DNA of 64,000 nucleotides from Octopus vulgaris (GCA_951406725.2 OX597815.1:116560001-116624000), one strand, 5' to 3'. Shown: positions 25,491-39,674, counted from the first letter of the stretch. Notes: a model not told the origin generated them from the letters alone. Translations and numbers: made by a program.

Positions 25491-25860
25491 ATTATTATTA
25501 TAGATGTCATACGGTATACAATATCATGAGATTGTTTGTACTGTTTGTCAAGTCACAACAAGGACCTCAGACAGTACTTTATGCAATATGCATGCTGTTC
25601 CAAGAAATGTTGACATTTGCAATACATCTAGATTGTAGGGTATTTCTTAGGATTTCAGATGATTTTTCAGATTGAGTGGTATTGAACCCAATGCTCTGAT
25701 GACAATAGGGATAACCTTTATGTTTGGCTCTCATAGTTTCCACATCATAGTGACCTCAATTCCCAGGTCTCCATATTTGTAAACCTTTACTCTATCTTTC
25801 ATGATGATATGTTGAGCTCCTGGCACTGTTACATCGATTATTAGGCTCCTTTGTCGCTCC
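25491..25860 (-). mobile_element. 3' end of another R4/Dong-type LINE with a (TAA)n tail
   Basis: Minus strand SLIIDVTVPG..KVYKYGDLGIEV.MMWKL..KVIPIVIRALGSIP..LGTACILHKVL, then 3' UTR and TAA. Confidence 0.85.
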
Positions 25861-26168
25861 TAAAGGTTACTATATATAAATATCAAGATATTTAATGTAT
25901 ATTACACTATAAATTCACATTCATAGCAATATTCTTAGTGCGATAACAAGAGTTAAATTCTAAACTGCTGAGCATAATGATATAGTAGGAATGTGATATG
26001 CAGTTTTTACAATACATAGTAGAGTATGGTACTTTATAAGTAATTAAGATATGCATTTCCTACACAAGTAAATTATGTTAGTTTTTTTTTCTGTAGATTC
26101 ATTCACATTTTTGGGTGTTTCAAATGCAAGCAAAATATCTGCATGTTAAAACATCCATGTACTTATGA

Positions 26169-26169
<1 letters not shown>

Positions 26170-26206
<37 letters not shown>

Positions 26207-26389
26207 TGTGCATATGTAAGTTTTTGAACTTTCTGAATGCACACACACACACACACATGTGTATATATATATGCACGTATGCATGTGCAAGGGCATGTGT
26301 ATAAATTATATATACATATAGTGACATATATATATAGATATACACATTCACACTGAAATAATTATACATATATGTGTGTGTGGTGTGTG

Positions 26390-26428
<39 letters not shown>

Positions 26429-26553
26429 TTGTATGTGTGCATGTATATGCATGTGTACAAATTATATATATGTATATAGGTATATGTGTAAAAATATTAC
26501 TATGCATATAGTTACACATTCGTATTGAAATAATTATACATATTTATGTGTGT

Positions 26554-26649
<96 letters not shown>

Positions 26650-26672
26650 AGTATATATATATATATATAAAC

Positions 26673-26732
<60 letters not shown>

Positions 26733-27129
26733 GTATATATGCATATACACATACACAAATGTGGAATTTTCTTAGAGTATCATATTTGTCAACGGATGTG
26801 TGACACTGTCATAATGTACTAGGGAGTGGTTTCCTGTTAACTTCTCCTAGTAGGCAAGAATACTTAAGCTTTTAGGAGAATGTTAAATAAGAATTGGGAA
26901 ATGGTTTCATGTGTGAATAGAAACTGGGTTATGGACTCTTTTCACCAGGAACTTACATAAACACACATACACACTAATTGTTGTATACATACATGCATAC
27001 AAACACACACACACAGACATATATATATATATGATTATACATACATGCATACATATATACATACATTCATGCAGGCAGACATATATACATGCAGACATGC
27101 AGACATACATACATACATACATACATACA

Positions 27130-27160
<31 letters not shown>
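26170..27160. repeat. Compound (TG)/(TA)/(CATA) microsatellite cluster
   Basis: Directly visible. Confidence 0.9.
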
Positions 27161-27162
<2 letters not shown>

Positions 27163-27279
27163 TATTAATGGTTCGCATAGCCTATTTTCAGACTGTCGGG
27201 CATGTAAGTACATGTTCAATTGATCAGATGCTCACTATGAGTATCTATCTACCATCGTTATCATCATCAACATCATTTA

Positions 27280-28470
27280 TCATCATCATCATCACCATCA
27301 TTTAACATCTGATTTCCATGCTAGCATGGGTGGGATGGTTTCATAAGAGCCAGTTGGGCAGAAGCCTGCACCAGACTTCTGTGACTGTTTTGGCAGAATT
27401 TTTACAGCTGGATGCCCTTTCTAACACCAACCACTCAGCAGAGTGGCCCTTAGTGCTTTTTACATGGTACAAGCACAGGCGAGGTCAGTTTTGGTAAGGT
27501 TTATACAGCTGGATGCTCTTCTGAACACCAACCACTTTACAGTGTGGACTTGATGCTTTTAAGTGACACCTTCACTGACAGCATCACCAAGTACTTGCAA
27601 GACAAAAAATAAAAAGAACTTTCAAGAGAGGAAGGGGTATTGGAGGAGGCAATCTTGTGTCAGGTGATGAAAGGTTATAGTGAGACATAGAGACAGAAAC
27701 AGGTGTCTTGCTGTAGAGGAAGTACAAGGTTACCTGGCTGGAGGGGAGGGGATGAGAGAGAGAGAAAGATGAGTAATGAAGACAGAAACAGGTGTGCTAC
27801 CACAAAGGAAATACATGGTTGCCCAACCTGAGGGAAGTGCAAGAGAAAGAGAGAGAGAGTGGGATACAACAGGATAGAGATGGTGGCAAAATGCTAGACA
27901 TACTCAGAAGGGATAGGGATCAGAATATAAATGGGATGGTTGAGTAAAGGAAGAGAGAGATACAGATGGCGGCAAGTGCCAGGGTATACCCTTGAGGTTT
28001 GAATGTCATAATATAAGTGGCAGGATATTGTGAAGGAAGTGTGATTAAAGAGTGCGGAGCAGAGAGTGAGTGGCAAAACCTGGGTATATATAGAGTTGGG
28101 AGGCTACCGGATAGCAATAATACAGAGGAACAGGGCCATGAGGACAGGATTGGTAGGTGAGAGCTAGGCATAGTGTATGGAGGGAATCTGAGGAAGAGAA
28201 GAGATGTGGAGATGTAGATTGGTTTGTTGGGGTAGGGTGAGAGAAAAGTTTTCTTGTTATGTGTGGGTGGAACACACAGGTCAGGGATTAGCAGATAGCA
28301 ATGATACAGTGAGACAGGGTGTGTGTATGGAACACACAGGTTGGGGGGGGGGCGATTGCAGAGAGCAATGATACAATGGTACAGGGCCAAGAGGACAGGA
28401 TTGGGGAGTGGGAAGTAAGCATAGTACATGAAAGAGGAAATAGAGGAAGAGAAGAGATATAGAGACATAT
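27280..28470 (-). mobile_element. RTE-related composite (GAT-tailed end plus purine/pyrimidine-skewed segment with internal duplications)
   Basis: Standard tail at 27280-27610 with a duplicated block; 28131-28215 is repeated at 28382-28468; related pieces at 14800-15010 and 32955-33200. Confidence 0.55.
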
Positions 28471-28487
28471 TTTGTCTTGTCTGTCTG

Positions 28488-28518
<31 letters not shown>

Positions 28519-29621
28519 GTGTATGTGTGTTGTGTGTGTGTGTGTGCATGCGTGTGTGTATGTGTGTATGTGTGTGTGTGTGTGCGTGCGCACACATGAG
28601 CATATGTATATATATAGTTGATAAACTGAAGAATGCAATGTCTGGCTAATTAGAATTACTTTAATGTGAAAATTTAAGCTCTTTTAAAACTTTTGAAATA
28701 GTAATTGCTAACCAGGAAAGGTTTCTTATTAGAAGCTTCATCTTTTTCTGCAAATTATCATACAAACATTTTAATTATCAGTATGTTTATCATCAGTATG
28801 GTGTACTGAATCCCAGTTTTTTAATATTACATGAGATCTATGAAAAAAATAAGGTAGTCTGAGCATTTAATAAAATAAGCTTTGGAGCCCTTGATTTAAT
28901 TTTCTCTCTATTGTCACATACTGTTCCCACTGTAGACACTGCAAGCTTTGGTGTTTAAGTAATGTGGCTGATTTTTCATTTCCATCTGTTGCTTTTAAAA
29001 CATCAAGTTTAATATCCAATGTAATCCTTTTACAGTTCTTTTTCACACAACCATCTTCCGTTCTGCTTCATGGTTTCTTTCCAGACATCTTGAATTGTAG
29101 GTAAATCCAACAGTGGTGGCAGTCAACAATTATCCATGGCAAATCTCTAGTGAAAACATTACATCAGGAAAGAAGTGTTTTGTTAGAGCAAAAAAAAAAA
29201 TGTCTTATTCTTAGGAATATAAGAATGGGATAGGCTGAGGGAGTGATGTGGGAAGAAAGTATTGTTTGATTACAGTTAGTTCAAGGGTTGTGGGTATTAT
29301 GCTCATAGTCACTTCGCTCTTTACACCTCTGACTTGAAACATAAAATCTCCACGCTCAACTCAGACACGCACATGCACATGCACGCACACACACACACAC
29401 CCACACACACACACACACACAGGTATGCATGAGCACACACTTGTGTTGACATGCAAAATATGTCGCAACAGACATCATTCTCATACTGATACTATTATTA
29501 ACATTGCCAACTGGTCATTCAGAATTGTTGGGATGATAGTGGTGGTGTTGTTGGTTGCGTTGGTCTTGGTCTTGATGTTGGTGATGATGATAGCAAAAAG
29601 CCCATCAGATGTATATGTATC

Positions 29622-29658
<37 letters not shown>

Positions 29659-29715
29659 GTTTGTGTCTCCTTATATATACATACATATATACACATGCAT
29701 GCACGCACGCACACA

Positions 29716-29829
29716 CATACATATACATACATACATACATACATACATACATACATACATACATACATACATACATACATACATGCAAGCATACATACAT
29801 ACATACATACATACATACATACATACATG
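29716..29829. repeat. (CATA)n microsatellite
   Basis: Directly visible; 5' flank of the LINE. Confidence 0.95.
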
Positions 29830-30600
29830 CCCACATCATAGGCAGTTGTCCAAAATTATCATCATGGTATTATCTACCAATGAGACATGATGTTGTAGCT
29901 AGGACACTCTATCATGAAATCCATCAGAAGGATAACCCTGAGGACAAAGAAATAAGAACCCACAGTATGGTAGAAGCCATAGCCACTCATAATAAAAAGG
30001 AGTACTGGTGGAATGTCCTAGTGAAGACCTTAATAAAATGTAAGCACAACAGACCTGATATAATGATTTTGGGCAAAGAAGAGAAACAGTGTACAATTGT
30101 GGAAATTAACTGCCCGGTGGATGTTAGCTGAAGATCAGTGAAAAAAGAATACCTATGCTGAACCATTGAGAAATCTGCAGTTACTCTATCCAGATTACAA
30201 GTTTACCTGTAATTACCTGTAATTATTGGGGGCCTGGGATATGTAACACACTATCTAAATACCAATCTTGAGAAATTAGACTTCACAAAATCCAAAAGGA
30301 GAAAGCTGATTCGAAGACTACAAATTCAATCCATCATTGGAACTGTAAAAATCTGTAAAACTTTCCAGAAGTTTATTATTTAAATATAAATGAACATGTC
30401 TAAATATGCAACTATATGCATGAGAATACATATATAAAACAAAAAATTCAAATCTGCACATAAACATACATACAAAAATACCCTGTTGCTGATGTTGAAA
30501 TTCCAATGACGGCGCTTTGGATCTAGGTTAGAAACCAGCTGTTTCTCTATTGGCAAGAAATCTCGAAATTAAACTGAATAATGACATACATACATACATA
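29830..30600 (+). mobile_element. 5'-truncated RLE LINE flanked by (CATA)n on both sides
   Basis: HIIGSC (zinc-knuckle tail), RHDVVA, EYWWNV, HNRPDIMI, VEINCPVD, GGLGY, KICKTFQKFII*. The 3' UTR runs into CATACATACATA. Confidence 0.9.
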
Positions 30601-30621
30601 GAAGTGTGTGTGTGTGTGTGT

Positions 30622-30657
<36 letters not shown>

Positions 30658-31559
30658 ACGCGTGTGTGTGTGTGTGTGTGATGTAAATATGTTGTAATGA
30701 AAATGTCTGGAAATTGCTAACTACTTTGATCTTAGTTAAAATGCAGAAAAGCAGCTATTTGGTTAAAATGAAAAGTGCAGTTTTCCAAATCTTCATGTTT
30801 CCACAAGTGTGAAATTAGAGACCATGTCTCAAAATTATTTGTCATACTTTACAATTTCCGTAAGCATGAAATCCCATAATCTGAGGAAGCTGTCATGTGT
30901 GGGTGCCTGTATAAACATATATATATATATATATATATTTTAAATATCTAATGTATGTGTATGTATGCATATAATGTGTGCAAATATGAGTGCATATAAA
31001 TGTATTTATGTTTGTGTGTGTGTGTATGTGTGTGTGTGTGTTTATATAATAAATAAATATATATGTTGTATATAAAGCAAGAGAGAGAAAGAGGGATAGA
31101 TAGGTAGAGAGAATGATATCTAGACAGACAGACAGACAGAGATAGATAGATAGATAGATAGATTCTTATTATTGATATCATTAAGATCATTATTTTAACA
31201 AATGTTTCCATTCTGTAGGCTGGCTGTTATTTCACTTCCAATTTTTATCCTGTCTTGTCTTGTTTCAGAAATTCACTAAATCTATCTCTATCCTTACCCT
31301 CTTCTTCCAAGTTTTCCATTAATCCCTCACAACAGTTGCTCATTCAGCATGTAGTTTCCTTTCACATTACTTCTCCATGTCATCACAGTCATATTGAATC
31401 AACAAAAGAGGCCTTTATGCAGAATCTTAACCTATTAGAAATAGTTGGGGGATCTTTCTCAAATCATAACCAACAGTCTTATAAATGAAAGGACACATTG
31501 GATGATGGATTCATAAATATGCAAAAATCCCATGGCTTGAAAATCATTTTCTCAATCAG

Positions 31560-31940
31560 AACTGACCTAGGGCTCAACAACAACAATAACCATGGACGTG
31601 ACCAATAATGTCGAGTCAAGTACATCAACATCAGCAATATCAAAATCAAATCAAATGGAAATTGTAGTTGTGAGCCCCATGCCAGTAGCACGTAAAAAGC
31701 ACCATCTGAACATGGCCGATGCCAGTGCCACCCTGACTGGCTTCCATGCCGGTGGCACTTAAAAAGCACCCACTACACTCTCAGAGTGGTTGGCATTATG
31801 AAGGACATCCAGCTGTAGAAGCACTGCTAGATCAGATTGAGGCCTGGTGCAGCCTCCTGGCTTCCCAGACCCCAGCCGAACCATCCAACCCATGCCAGCA
31901 TGGGAAATGGATGTTAAACGATGTTGATGATGATGATGAT
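31560..31940 (+). mobile_element. RTE 3' end / RTE-tailed SINE
   Basis: Shares gagtcaagtacatcaac...aaatggaaattgtagttgtg with 23600-23660; (GAT)n tail. Confidence 0.8.
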
Positions 31941-34610
31941 ATATATACACACATATATATATATATATATATACACACACATATATATATATATTATAGT
32001 GGGGTAGGCCAGTTTATGGGGTTAGCCTGGGTTTCTTGCTCATAAGGGGTTTAACCTTACAGCATATCTTCAGACCCCAAACACTGCTGGCCTGAGACCT
32101 CTTTAAAATATGGAGGGGGAAAGCCTTGTTTTTAAGGGTAAAACTCTAGGTGATTATTTGCCTTTGCTATGGTTCATTGATCTTTGGCTGTGCTGCCATC
32201 ATGAAGAGAGAGAGAGAGAGAGATGGTGCCATGTAAAAAACACCCAGTACACTCTGTAAAGTGGTTGGTATTAGGATGAACATAGAAACCATAGGAAACC
32301 ATAGAAACTACCAATAGAAACTGTACCAAAACAGGCGATGGAGCCTGGTGCATCCCCCTGCCTTACCAGCTCCTGTCAAACCATTCTACTCTTACCAGCA
32401 TAGAAAATGAATGTTAAATGATGATGATGATGATGATGATGATGATAATGATAATGATGATGATGATGTGGATGATGATGATGATGAAAATCTGTTACCT
32501 TCTATTGGCTAATAATCCTAATGTCTAACCACTTCTTCACTCACAAGGAATATACTGCATTTCAAATAATCTGATTTTAAAAATAGGCATGAGACTACTT
32601 AATTTGGGGAAGGGTTTAATCTATTAAACTGCCCTCCTTCAGTATTTGACCGTTACTTTATGTTATCCATTTTAGTTGGATGGAAAGCAAAGTTAATCTC
32701 AGCAAGATTTGAACATTGACGTAAAACACAAATTGCATCTGGTGTTCTTGCTAACTGCTACTGCAGCTGGGTATGTTTTGATCTTCCTGGATATTTATTG
32801 TCTTTTTAACACATCACATCCATCAGAGATGCTATCTCAGTGCAAATTCCTTAGTAACTGGCCTATCTACAGTGTCTCTTCTTCTTAATCTTAATATTCT
32901 TCCCAATTACTCCTACTTACCTTATATAATATGGGGTAGTCATAGAGCTCCTCTATAGCAAGACACCTGTGCTTGTCCTTCTATCTTACTTTTAGCCTCT
33001 CAACACCTGGCATAAAGCCACCTCCCCTTCCCACATACTTTCATCACTTAGTCATGGCAGATCTTCTCTTTCCTGTTCTTTTCTGTTTTGCATTTTACTC
33101 AGCAATCTCACTAGTGCTGGTGGCCTGTAAAAGCACCCAATACACACTGTAACGTGGATGGTGTTAGAAAGGGCATTGAGCCATAGAAACTATGCCAAAG
33201 CTCACACATGCATACACACACATATACATGCACACATGCATGCACACACACAATCACACATACACACAACGTTTGAACCTTTGAAGAGGTAGGGTAATAA
33301 GATATCCGTTAACTGAAAAACAGGTAAGTGTTAGTGACAGGAAGGGTATCCAGCTGTAAAAAAATGTCTCAATAATATATTCACCTAACCCATGCTGGAA
33401 TGGAAAAACAAGAAAAGACAAATTTGATATATTCTGTTACTGATGCTTTGCCCCAAAGCAAAGATATGATAAAAAAGCATTCCAGCCTTGCTCTTCTCAT
33501 CTTATTTTTAGATACAGTGTATTTAATACTGTATTATAAATGCATCCTTTTTTTGCAATATGGTAGATTGTAATTTGAAGGAGATTTGGTTACCATTTCT
33601 AGCAGGGGAAGTAACAATGTAAAGGTTCCTTCATCGGCTCACTTTGATATGCATATAATTGGTGTATTGATGTGTGCTCCACAGCCTAATGAGCCAAGAG
33701 TTTGACTGTAGCAGAAGCAAGCTTTCTAAGTCTACCACCTCGAAATATTGTAGGTAAATAAATATATGATGTATAGGATATTCATAACTGGGGAAAAACC
33801 CCAGAGAAATGTAAACACAGAGAAAGTTAAGTGATAGTCTTAAGAGTGATAGGCTGGCTATAGGGCTATAAAATAAGAATTATGGTTGACTAGGGACGTA
33901 AAGAAAGCTATAAAGTTAAGTAAACAAGGAAATCTGTCTATATACAAAATAAATACATGAATGCAGGCACACTCATACATACATGTACACACTCACATAT
34001 ATACATACATACATACATACATACATACATACATACATACATAACAATATAGGTGCATACATATGATATATCACACACATAGACGTAACCATATAGACAC
34101 ATATATACTCATAACTGTATTGACAAACATACATAGACCTATACATATATATATATACACATACATATATACATACGTACATTTATATATATATATACAC
34201 ACAGACACACACACACACACATATATATACACACACATACACAGACACAACATACATAAATACATATAAGTATGCATATATATATACATATATGCACAAA
34301 TAAATATACTCACACTCACATACCAAATCAGGGATTTATTTTAATATCTGTTCAAATACGTTATGCTGTTTCCCAGTATAGTTAAATGCATAACTCCATA
34401 CATATAGGCACATGTGTGGTTGTGTGATAAGGAACTTGCTTACCAGCCACATGGTTCTAGGTTCAGTCTTACTGCGTGGCACTTTGGGCAAGTGTTTTCT
34501 CTTATAGCCTCAGGCCAACCAAAGCTTTGTGAGTGGATTTAGTAGATGGAAACTGAAAGAAGCCTGTCATATTTATATGTATGTGTGTGTGTGTATTTTA
34601 TACGTATATC

Positions 34611-34781
34611 ATAGGTGCAGGAATGGCTGTGTGGTAAGTAGCTTGCTTACCAACCACATGGTTCTGAGTTGAGTCCCACTGCTTGGCACCTTGGGCAAGT
34701 GTCTTCTAATATAGCCTTGGGCTGACCAAAGCCTTGTGAGTGGATTTGGTTGATGGAAACTAAAAGAAGCCTGTTGTATAT

Positions 34782-34814
<33 letters not shown>

Positions 34815-35073
34815 GTTTAACGTCCGTTTTCCATGCTGGCATGGGTTGGATGGTTCGACTGGGGTCTGGGAAGCCAGGAGGCTGCACCAGCCTCCAGTCT
34901 GATCTGGTAGTGTTTCTACAGCTGGAAACCCTTCCTAACGCCAACCACTCCAAGAGTATAGTGATTGCTTTTTTATGTGCCACCGGTACATTGCCAACGA
35001 TTGGATAGTGCTTTTTATGTGCCACCGGCACAGAAGCCAGTCATATATATATGTGTGTGTGTGAGTGTGTGTA

Positions 35074-35105
<32 letters not shown>

Positions 35106-35350
35106 TGTGTGTGTGTAAGTGTGTGTGTGTAAGTGTATGTTTGTGTGTCTGTGTTTGTACCCATCACCATCACTTGACAACCAATGTTGGTGTGCTTATG
35201 TCCCCGTAACTTAGCAGTTGAACAAAAGAGACCGATAGAATAAGTTCTAGGTTTCCAAAGAACAAGTCCTGGGGTCGATTTGTTCGACTAGAGGCAGTGC
35301 TCCAGCATAGCCACAGTCAAATCACTGAAACAAATAAAAGAATATAAGAA
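34611..35350 (+). mobile_element. SINE S1 interrupted by a minus-strand RTE-type 3' end (34783-35040)
   Basis: Head at 34611-34780 and tail at 35040-35350 match 21422-21833; another head at 34406-34600. Confidence 0.8.
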
Positions 35351-35639
35351 TAAAAAAATACATTAATACAAAGTAATACACACTCACATACATATGTGCA
35401 CATACATTTATATTAGACGAAGACACTGAGGCAAAATGGCAGTGGGGTTGAGGTGGTGAACTACTGAGAATTATTGTGATGTGCCCCTCAGCAGTTTGCC
35501 AGTCTCACATAAAACAAGCTCCACTCCATACTTCACGGTTGAGTGATAGGGAGAGTATCCAGCTGTAAAAATAATTGCTTTAACAAATAAACTATCACAC
35601 CCATGCAAGCAAAGACAAATGGTTTTATAACCACAAAGT

Positions 35640-35658
35640 AAATACATACATACACACA

Positions 35659-35709
<51 letters not shown>

Positions 35710-35925
35710 TATATATATACATGCATATTTATATGTATATGTATGTATGCATGTATGCATGTATGTATGGTGTATATGTATATATATATACATACACATT
35801 CATATAAGTATATGCATATTTATATGTATGTTCATGTAATATATGCATGTATGTATGTGTATATGTATATATATATATACATACACATTCATATAAGTAT
35901 ATATATATATATTTATATGTATGTT

Positions 35926-35956
<31 letters not shown>

Positions 35957-36190
35957 GCATATATTATATGTATATGTATGTATGCATGTATGTATGTGTA
36001 TATGTATATATATATACATACACATTCATATGAGTATATGCATATTTATATGTATGTTCATGTAATATATGCATATACATATATATGCATGTATATATAT
36101 GTATGTCTATATATATGAATATATATATATGTATATATATATATATGCATATACATATATATGTGCATGTGTGTATATATATGTATATAT
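35640..36190. repeat. TA/TATG low-complexity tract with a higher-order unit (catacacattcatataagtatatgcatatttatatgtatgttcatgt, ~3 copies)
   Basis: Directly visible. Confidence 0.85.
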
Positions 36191-36192
36191 AA

Positions 36193-36377
36193 ATTACTCT
36201 TTACTGCGGACATGCTGGAGCACCACCTTTTTTGTTGAAGAAATTGACCCCAGGACTTATTCTTTGTAAGCTTGGTACTTATTATATTGGTCTCTTTTGT
36301 CGAACCACTAAGTTATGGGGACATAAACACACCAGCATCAAGTGATGATGGAGGAAGGAACAAACACAGACACAAAG

Positions 36378-36410
<33 letters not shown>

Positions 36411-36570
36411 ATGGGCTTCTTTCAATTTCCATCTACCAAATCCGCTCAAAGCTTTGGTTGGCCTGAGGCTATAGTAGAAGACACTTGCTCAAGGTGCCAC
36501 ACAGTGGGACTGAACCCGGAACCATGCGGTTGGGAAGCAAGCTTCTTACCACACAGCCACTCCTACCCCT
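36193..36570 (-). mobile_element. Near full-length SINE S1
   Basis: Reverse complement of 21422-21833. Confidence 0.8.
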
Positions 36571-37799
36571 ATGTATGTGTGTGTGTGTGTGTGTACATGC
36601 ATATATATATATATGTATACATATTCATATGTGTGTGTGTGTGTGTTTATACAGATATGTGTGTGGTGCATGTGTATACGTGTGTGTGCATGTGTGTTTG
36701 TCTCAACATTGCATAATAGTTGTAAATGAGTGTCACCATCATACAAGCTGTGCCTTTCATTTCTAATATTCTGTAATAATGTGTCTGAATATGGGGAAAT
36801 ATAACCTTGCTTGTAAACAGATAAGTGTTGGTGACAGGAAGGGCATCTGGCCACATACACACACACACATACACACAAGCGCACACACACACAATCACTT
36901 AGGCATACATGTATGATGGTCTCTTGTTCAGTTTCAACCCTGAACATTCAATTGCTCAATCAACTGAACTACAAACTCATTAAATTACCATCTAAGTGGT
37001 TGTGTATTCCACTGTCATGTACCCTTACTGAAATTTCCAGGTGAAACTGGTATGGGACAAAATGCTACATGGCTGGACTGTTGAATTTTAGGAACACTCT
37101 ATCCAGCATGCTTCGACACAGTTTCCACCTCCCCACTTTGACTTACAAAGTTCGAGTTGGCTGGGGCTATGGTAAGTGACACTTGCTCAGTATGTCACAC
37201 AGTGGGATTAGATCTGGAATCTCATGATTGCAGAGCAAACTTCTTAGCCACGCAGCCACGCCTGCAGTCATTCATCAGCAGAAAACATTAAGAGTTTCAA
37301 ACATAGGCATAAGTATTGTTGTAGCTGTGTGTCTATGATGTTTAGTTCCTAACCATAAGGTTTCAGGTTCAGTCCCACTGCATGGCACATTACGCAAGTG
37401 TCTTTTACTATATCCTTGGGCAGGCTATATACGTATGGATGTAAAGGCATGTAGCTTAGTGGTAAGGTAGTCGCACTCATGATTGTGAGATCATAAGTTC
37501 AATTCCTAAACCGGCTGTGCTTTGTGTTTTAGAGCAAAACATTTCATTTCATTTCATGTTGCTCCAGTATATCCAGCTGTAAATGGGTAATCCTGTGATG
37601 GACTAGTGTTCTGATCAGAGGGGGAAATGTTGGCCAGCTCACCTAGCCAGTGGAGTGGCATCATTTGTGTGTCTTTGTGTTTGTCAGTGTTGATTTGTTT
37701 AGCAGTTCAGCAAAAGAGACTGACAAAATAAATTCCACACTGAAAAATATAATAAGTAATAAATTACAGCTTAATTTTGATTAGGAACAATTCTTGGAC

Positions 37800-38487
37800 A
37801 AGTATTAAAACATTATTCATCATCTCACGGTAATCATCTGGTTTAGAAATACAAAACATGATCGCTCTGGTTGTAAAAGGACTTGTTTTAATGAAATCAT
37901 TCTTCCATTAAGATGACTTTCTATGGTTTTCAGATATATAGTCAATCCATACGCTGAATGTAAATGCTCACAAAAGTTCTTCAATGTTAACTCATCATCA
38001 TCGTTTAACGTCCATTTTCCATGCTGGCATGGATTGCACAGTTTGACCGGCACTGACCAGCTGAGGAGCTGTCCATACTCCAATTGTCTGTTATGGTATG
38101 GTTTCTGAAGCTGGATGCCCTTCCTAATGCCAACAACTTTACAAAGTGAGCTTGGTGCTTTTATGTGTCATCAGCATGGGTGCGTTTAAGCAACACTAGC
38201 ACAAGTGCTTTTTATGTGGCACCAGCACTTGTGACCATAAAATTAACCACTCAACGAGTGATTCCATATATTCCTGTTCTATATCCTTGATTTTCTCAGA
38301 CATCTCCACAGTGCAAATATATGTGATCTGTACATATCCAGTTACATGCTGTTGTCTTCTTAACTCCATGTGCAGTAGCAAAAAATTCCCAGCTTTCATG
38401 TTCACTGGTAGACAGTACTTTTGGTTGAGCTCCAACTGCAGACCAGATTTCTTGTATGGTCCCCCCACTTACTTCCCTGCTGGACAT
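37800..38487 (-). mobile_element. Degraded Tc1/IS630-like transposase N-terminal region split by an RTE-type insertion (37992-38235)
   Basis: KVLSTSEHESWEFFATAHGVKKTTACNWI...SLVEWL | ELTLKNFCEHLHSAYGLTIYLKTIESHLNGRMISLKQVLLQPER: a double-HTH pattern typical of IS630-Tc1-mariner transposases. Confidence 0.6.
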
Positions 38488-38596
38488 CTTGTAAAATATC
38501 AACACTTGTAGCTTGAAACAAGTTTTGAGACAAATTTTCATCAGCCATAAGTAAACAAAGCACTGTAGGCTTAAGTTACATGAGATAAATTCAGAT

Positions 38597-38793
38597 TTAA
38601 CACTTTTGTTTCCATATTTTCTTATTGAGACATACAACTTTTGTATGAATTAATTTTGAAAATAATGAAGAATTTTGTAAAACAACTTTGTCATTATTAA
38701 GCCAAAGTTTGGAACATGAAATTTTGTCTCAAAATTTTTTAATTTACATGACTTTAAAGCAGAGATCTTTTATTATAGTATCAGACAGATTAG
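38597..38793 (+). mobile_element. TTAA-type MITE, related to 63679-63879
   Basis: ttaacacttttgtttccatattt...taattttgaaaataatgaagaattt shared with the 63.7-kb copy. Confidence 0.55.
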
Positions 38794-39530
38794 TGTGTCA
38801 AAATCAGTATTTTCTTAAATAATTCTAAGCATAAATCATTCATTATTTTACTTGTTTTAGTCAAAGGACTGTGGTCATGATGGAGCAATAACTTGAAAGT
38901 TTTCATCATCATCATCGTCATCCTCATTTAACGTCTGCTTTCCATGCTGGCATGGGTTAGATGGTTTGACTGGAACTGGTAAGCCAGTTGTACAAATTGA
39001 CCTGCCTTTACTTTTTTAAGTCTTGTTCTATCAATCTAGTTTTCTGAACCACTAAGTTATAGATATGAAAACAAACCAGCACCAGTTGTCACATGGTGGT
39101 GGGACAAACACAAACACAAAGAGATACACACATGCATTCATGTAATGGGCTTCACACAGTTTTCATCCATTAAACTGACAATGCTTTGGTCGATCTATGC
39201 TGTAGTAAAAGACACTTGCCCAAAGTGTCATACAGTAGGATTAATCCCTAAACCATGTGGCTGCATCTATGGCTGGATGCCTTTCCTGTTACCAACCAAC
39301 ATGTTTCCAAGCAACATAATATTTCTCCATGACAGGACGTTTTCACAAAAGACTGGAAATTTTTATTCTTTTATTTATTTCAGCCATTCATTATTTATTT
39401 CAGCCAGTCATTATTTATTTCAGCCGTATATATGATTTAAGAATAGGATAAAATCTTTATAAGAATTTATCAAGTAGTCAGCATGAAAAACCTCATAAGG
39501 GAAAAATTATTATTATTCCCTTTAAATATA

Positions 39531-39640
39531 TTTATTTATATTAAGGGCATTACTATACATAAATGCCTCACACTACCAACTTTAAGAGTCCCTCGTAGCA
39601 TGAGGCATTTATGTATAGTAATGCCCTTAATGTAAATAAA
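39531..39640. repeat. ~40-bp near-perfect inverted repeat, 30-bp loop
   Basis: 39531-39570 versus 39601-39640, one mismatch; abuts (TAAA)n/(TA)n. Confidence 0.9.
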
Positions 39641-39674
39641 TAAATAAATAAATAAATATATATGTATATATATC

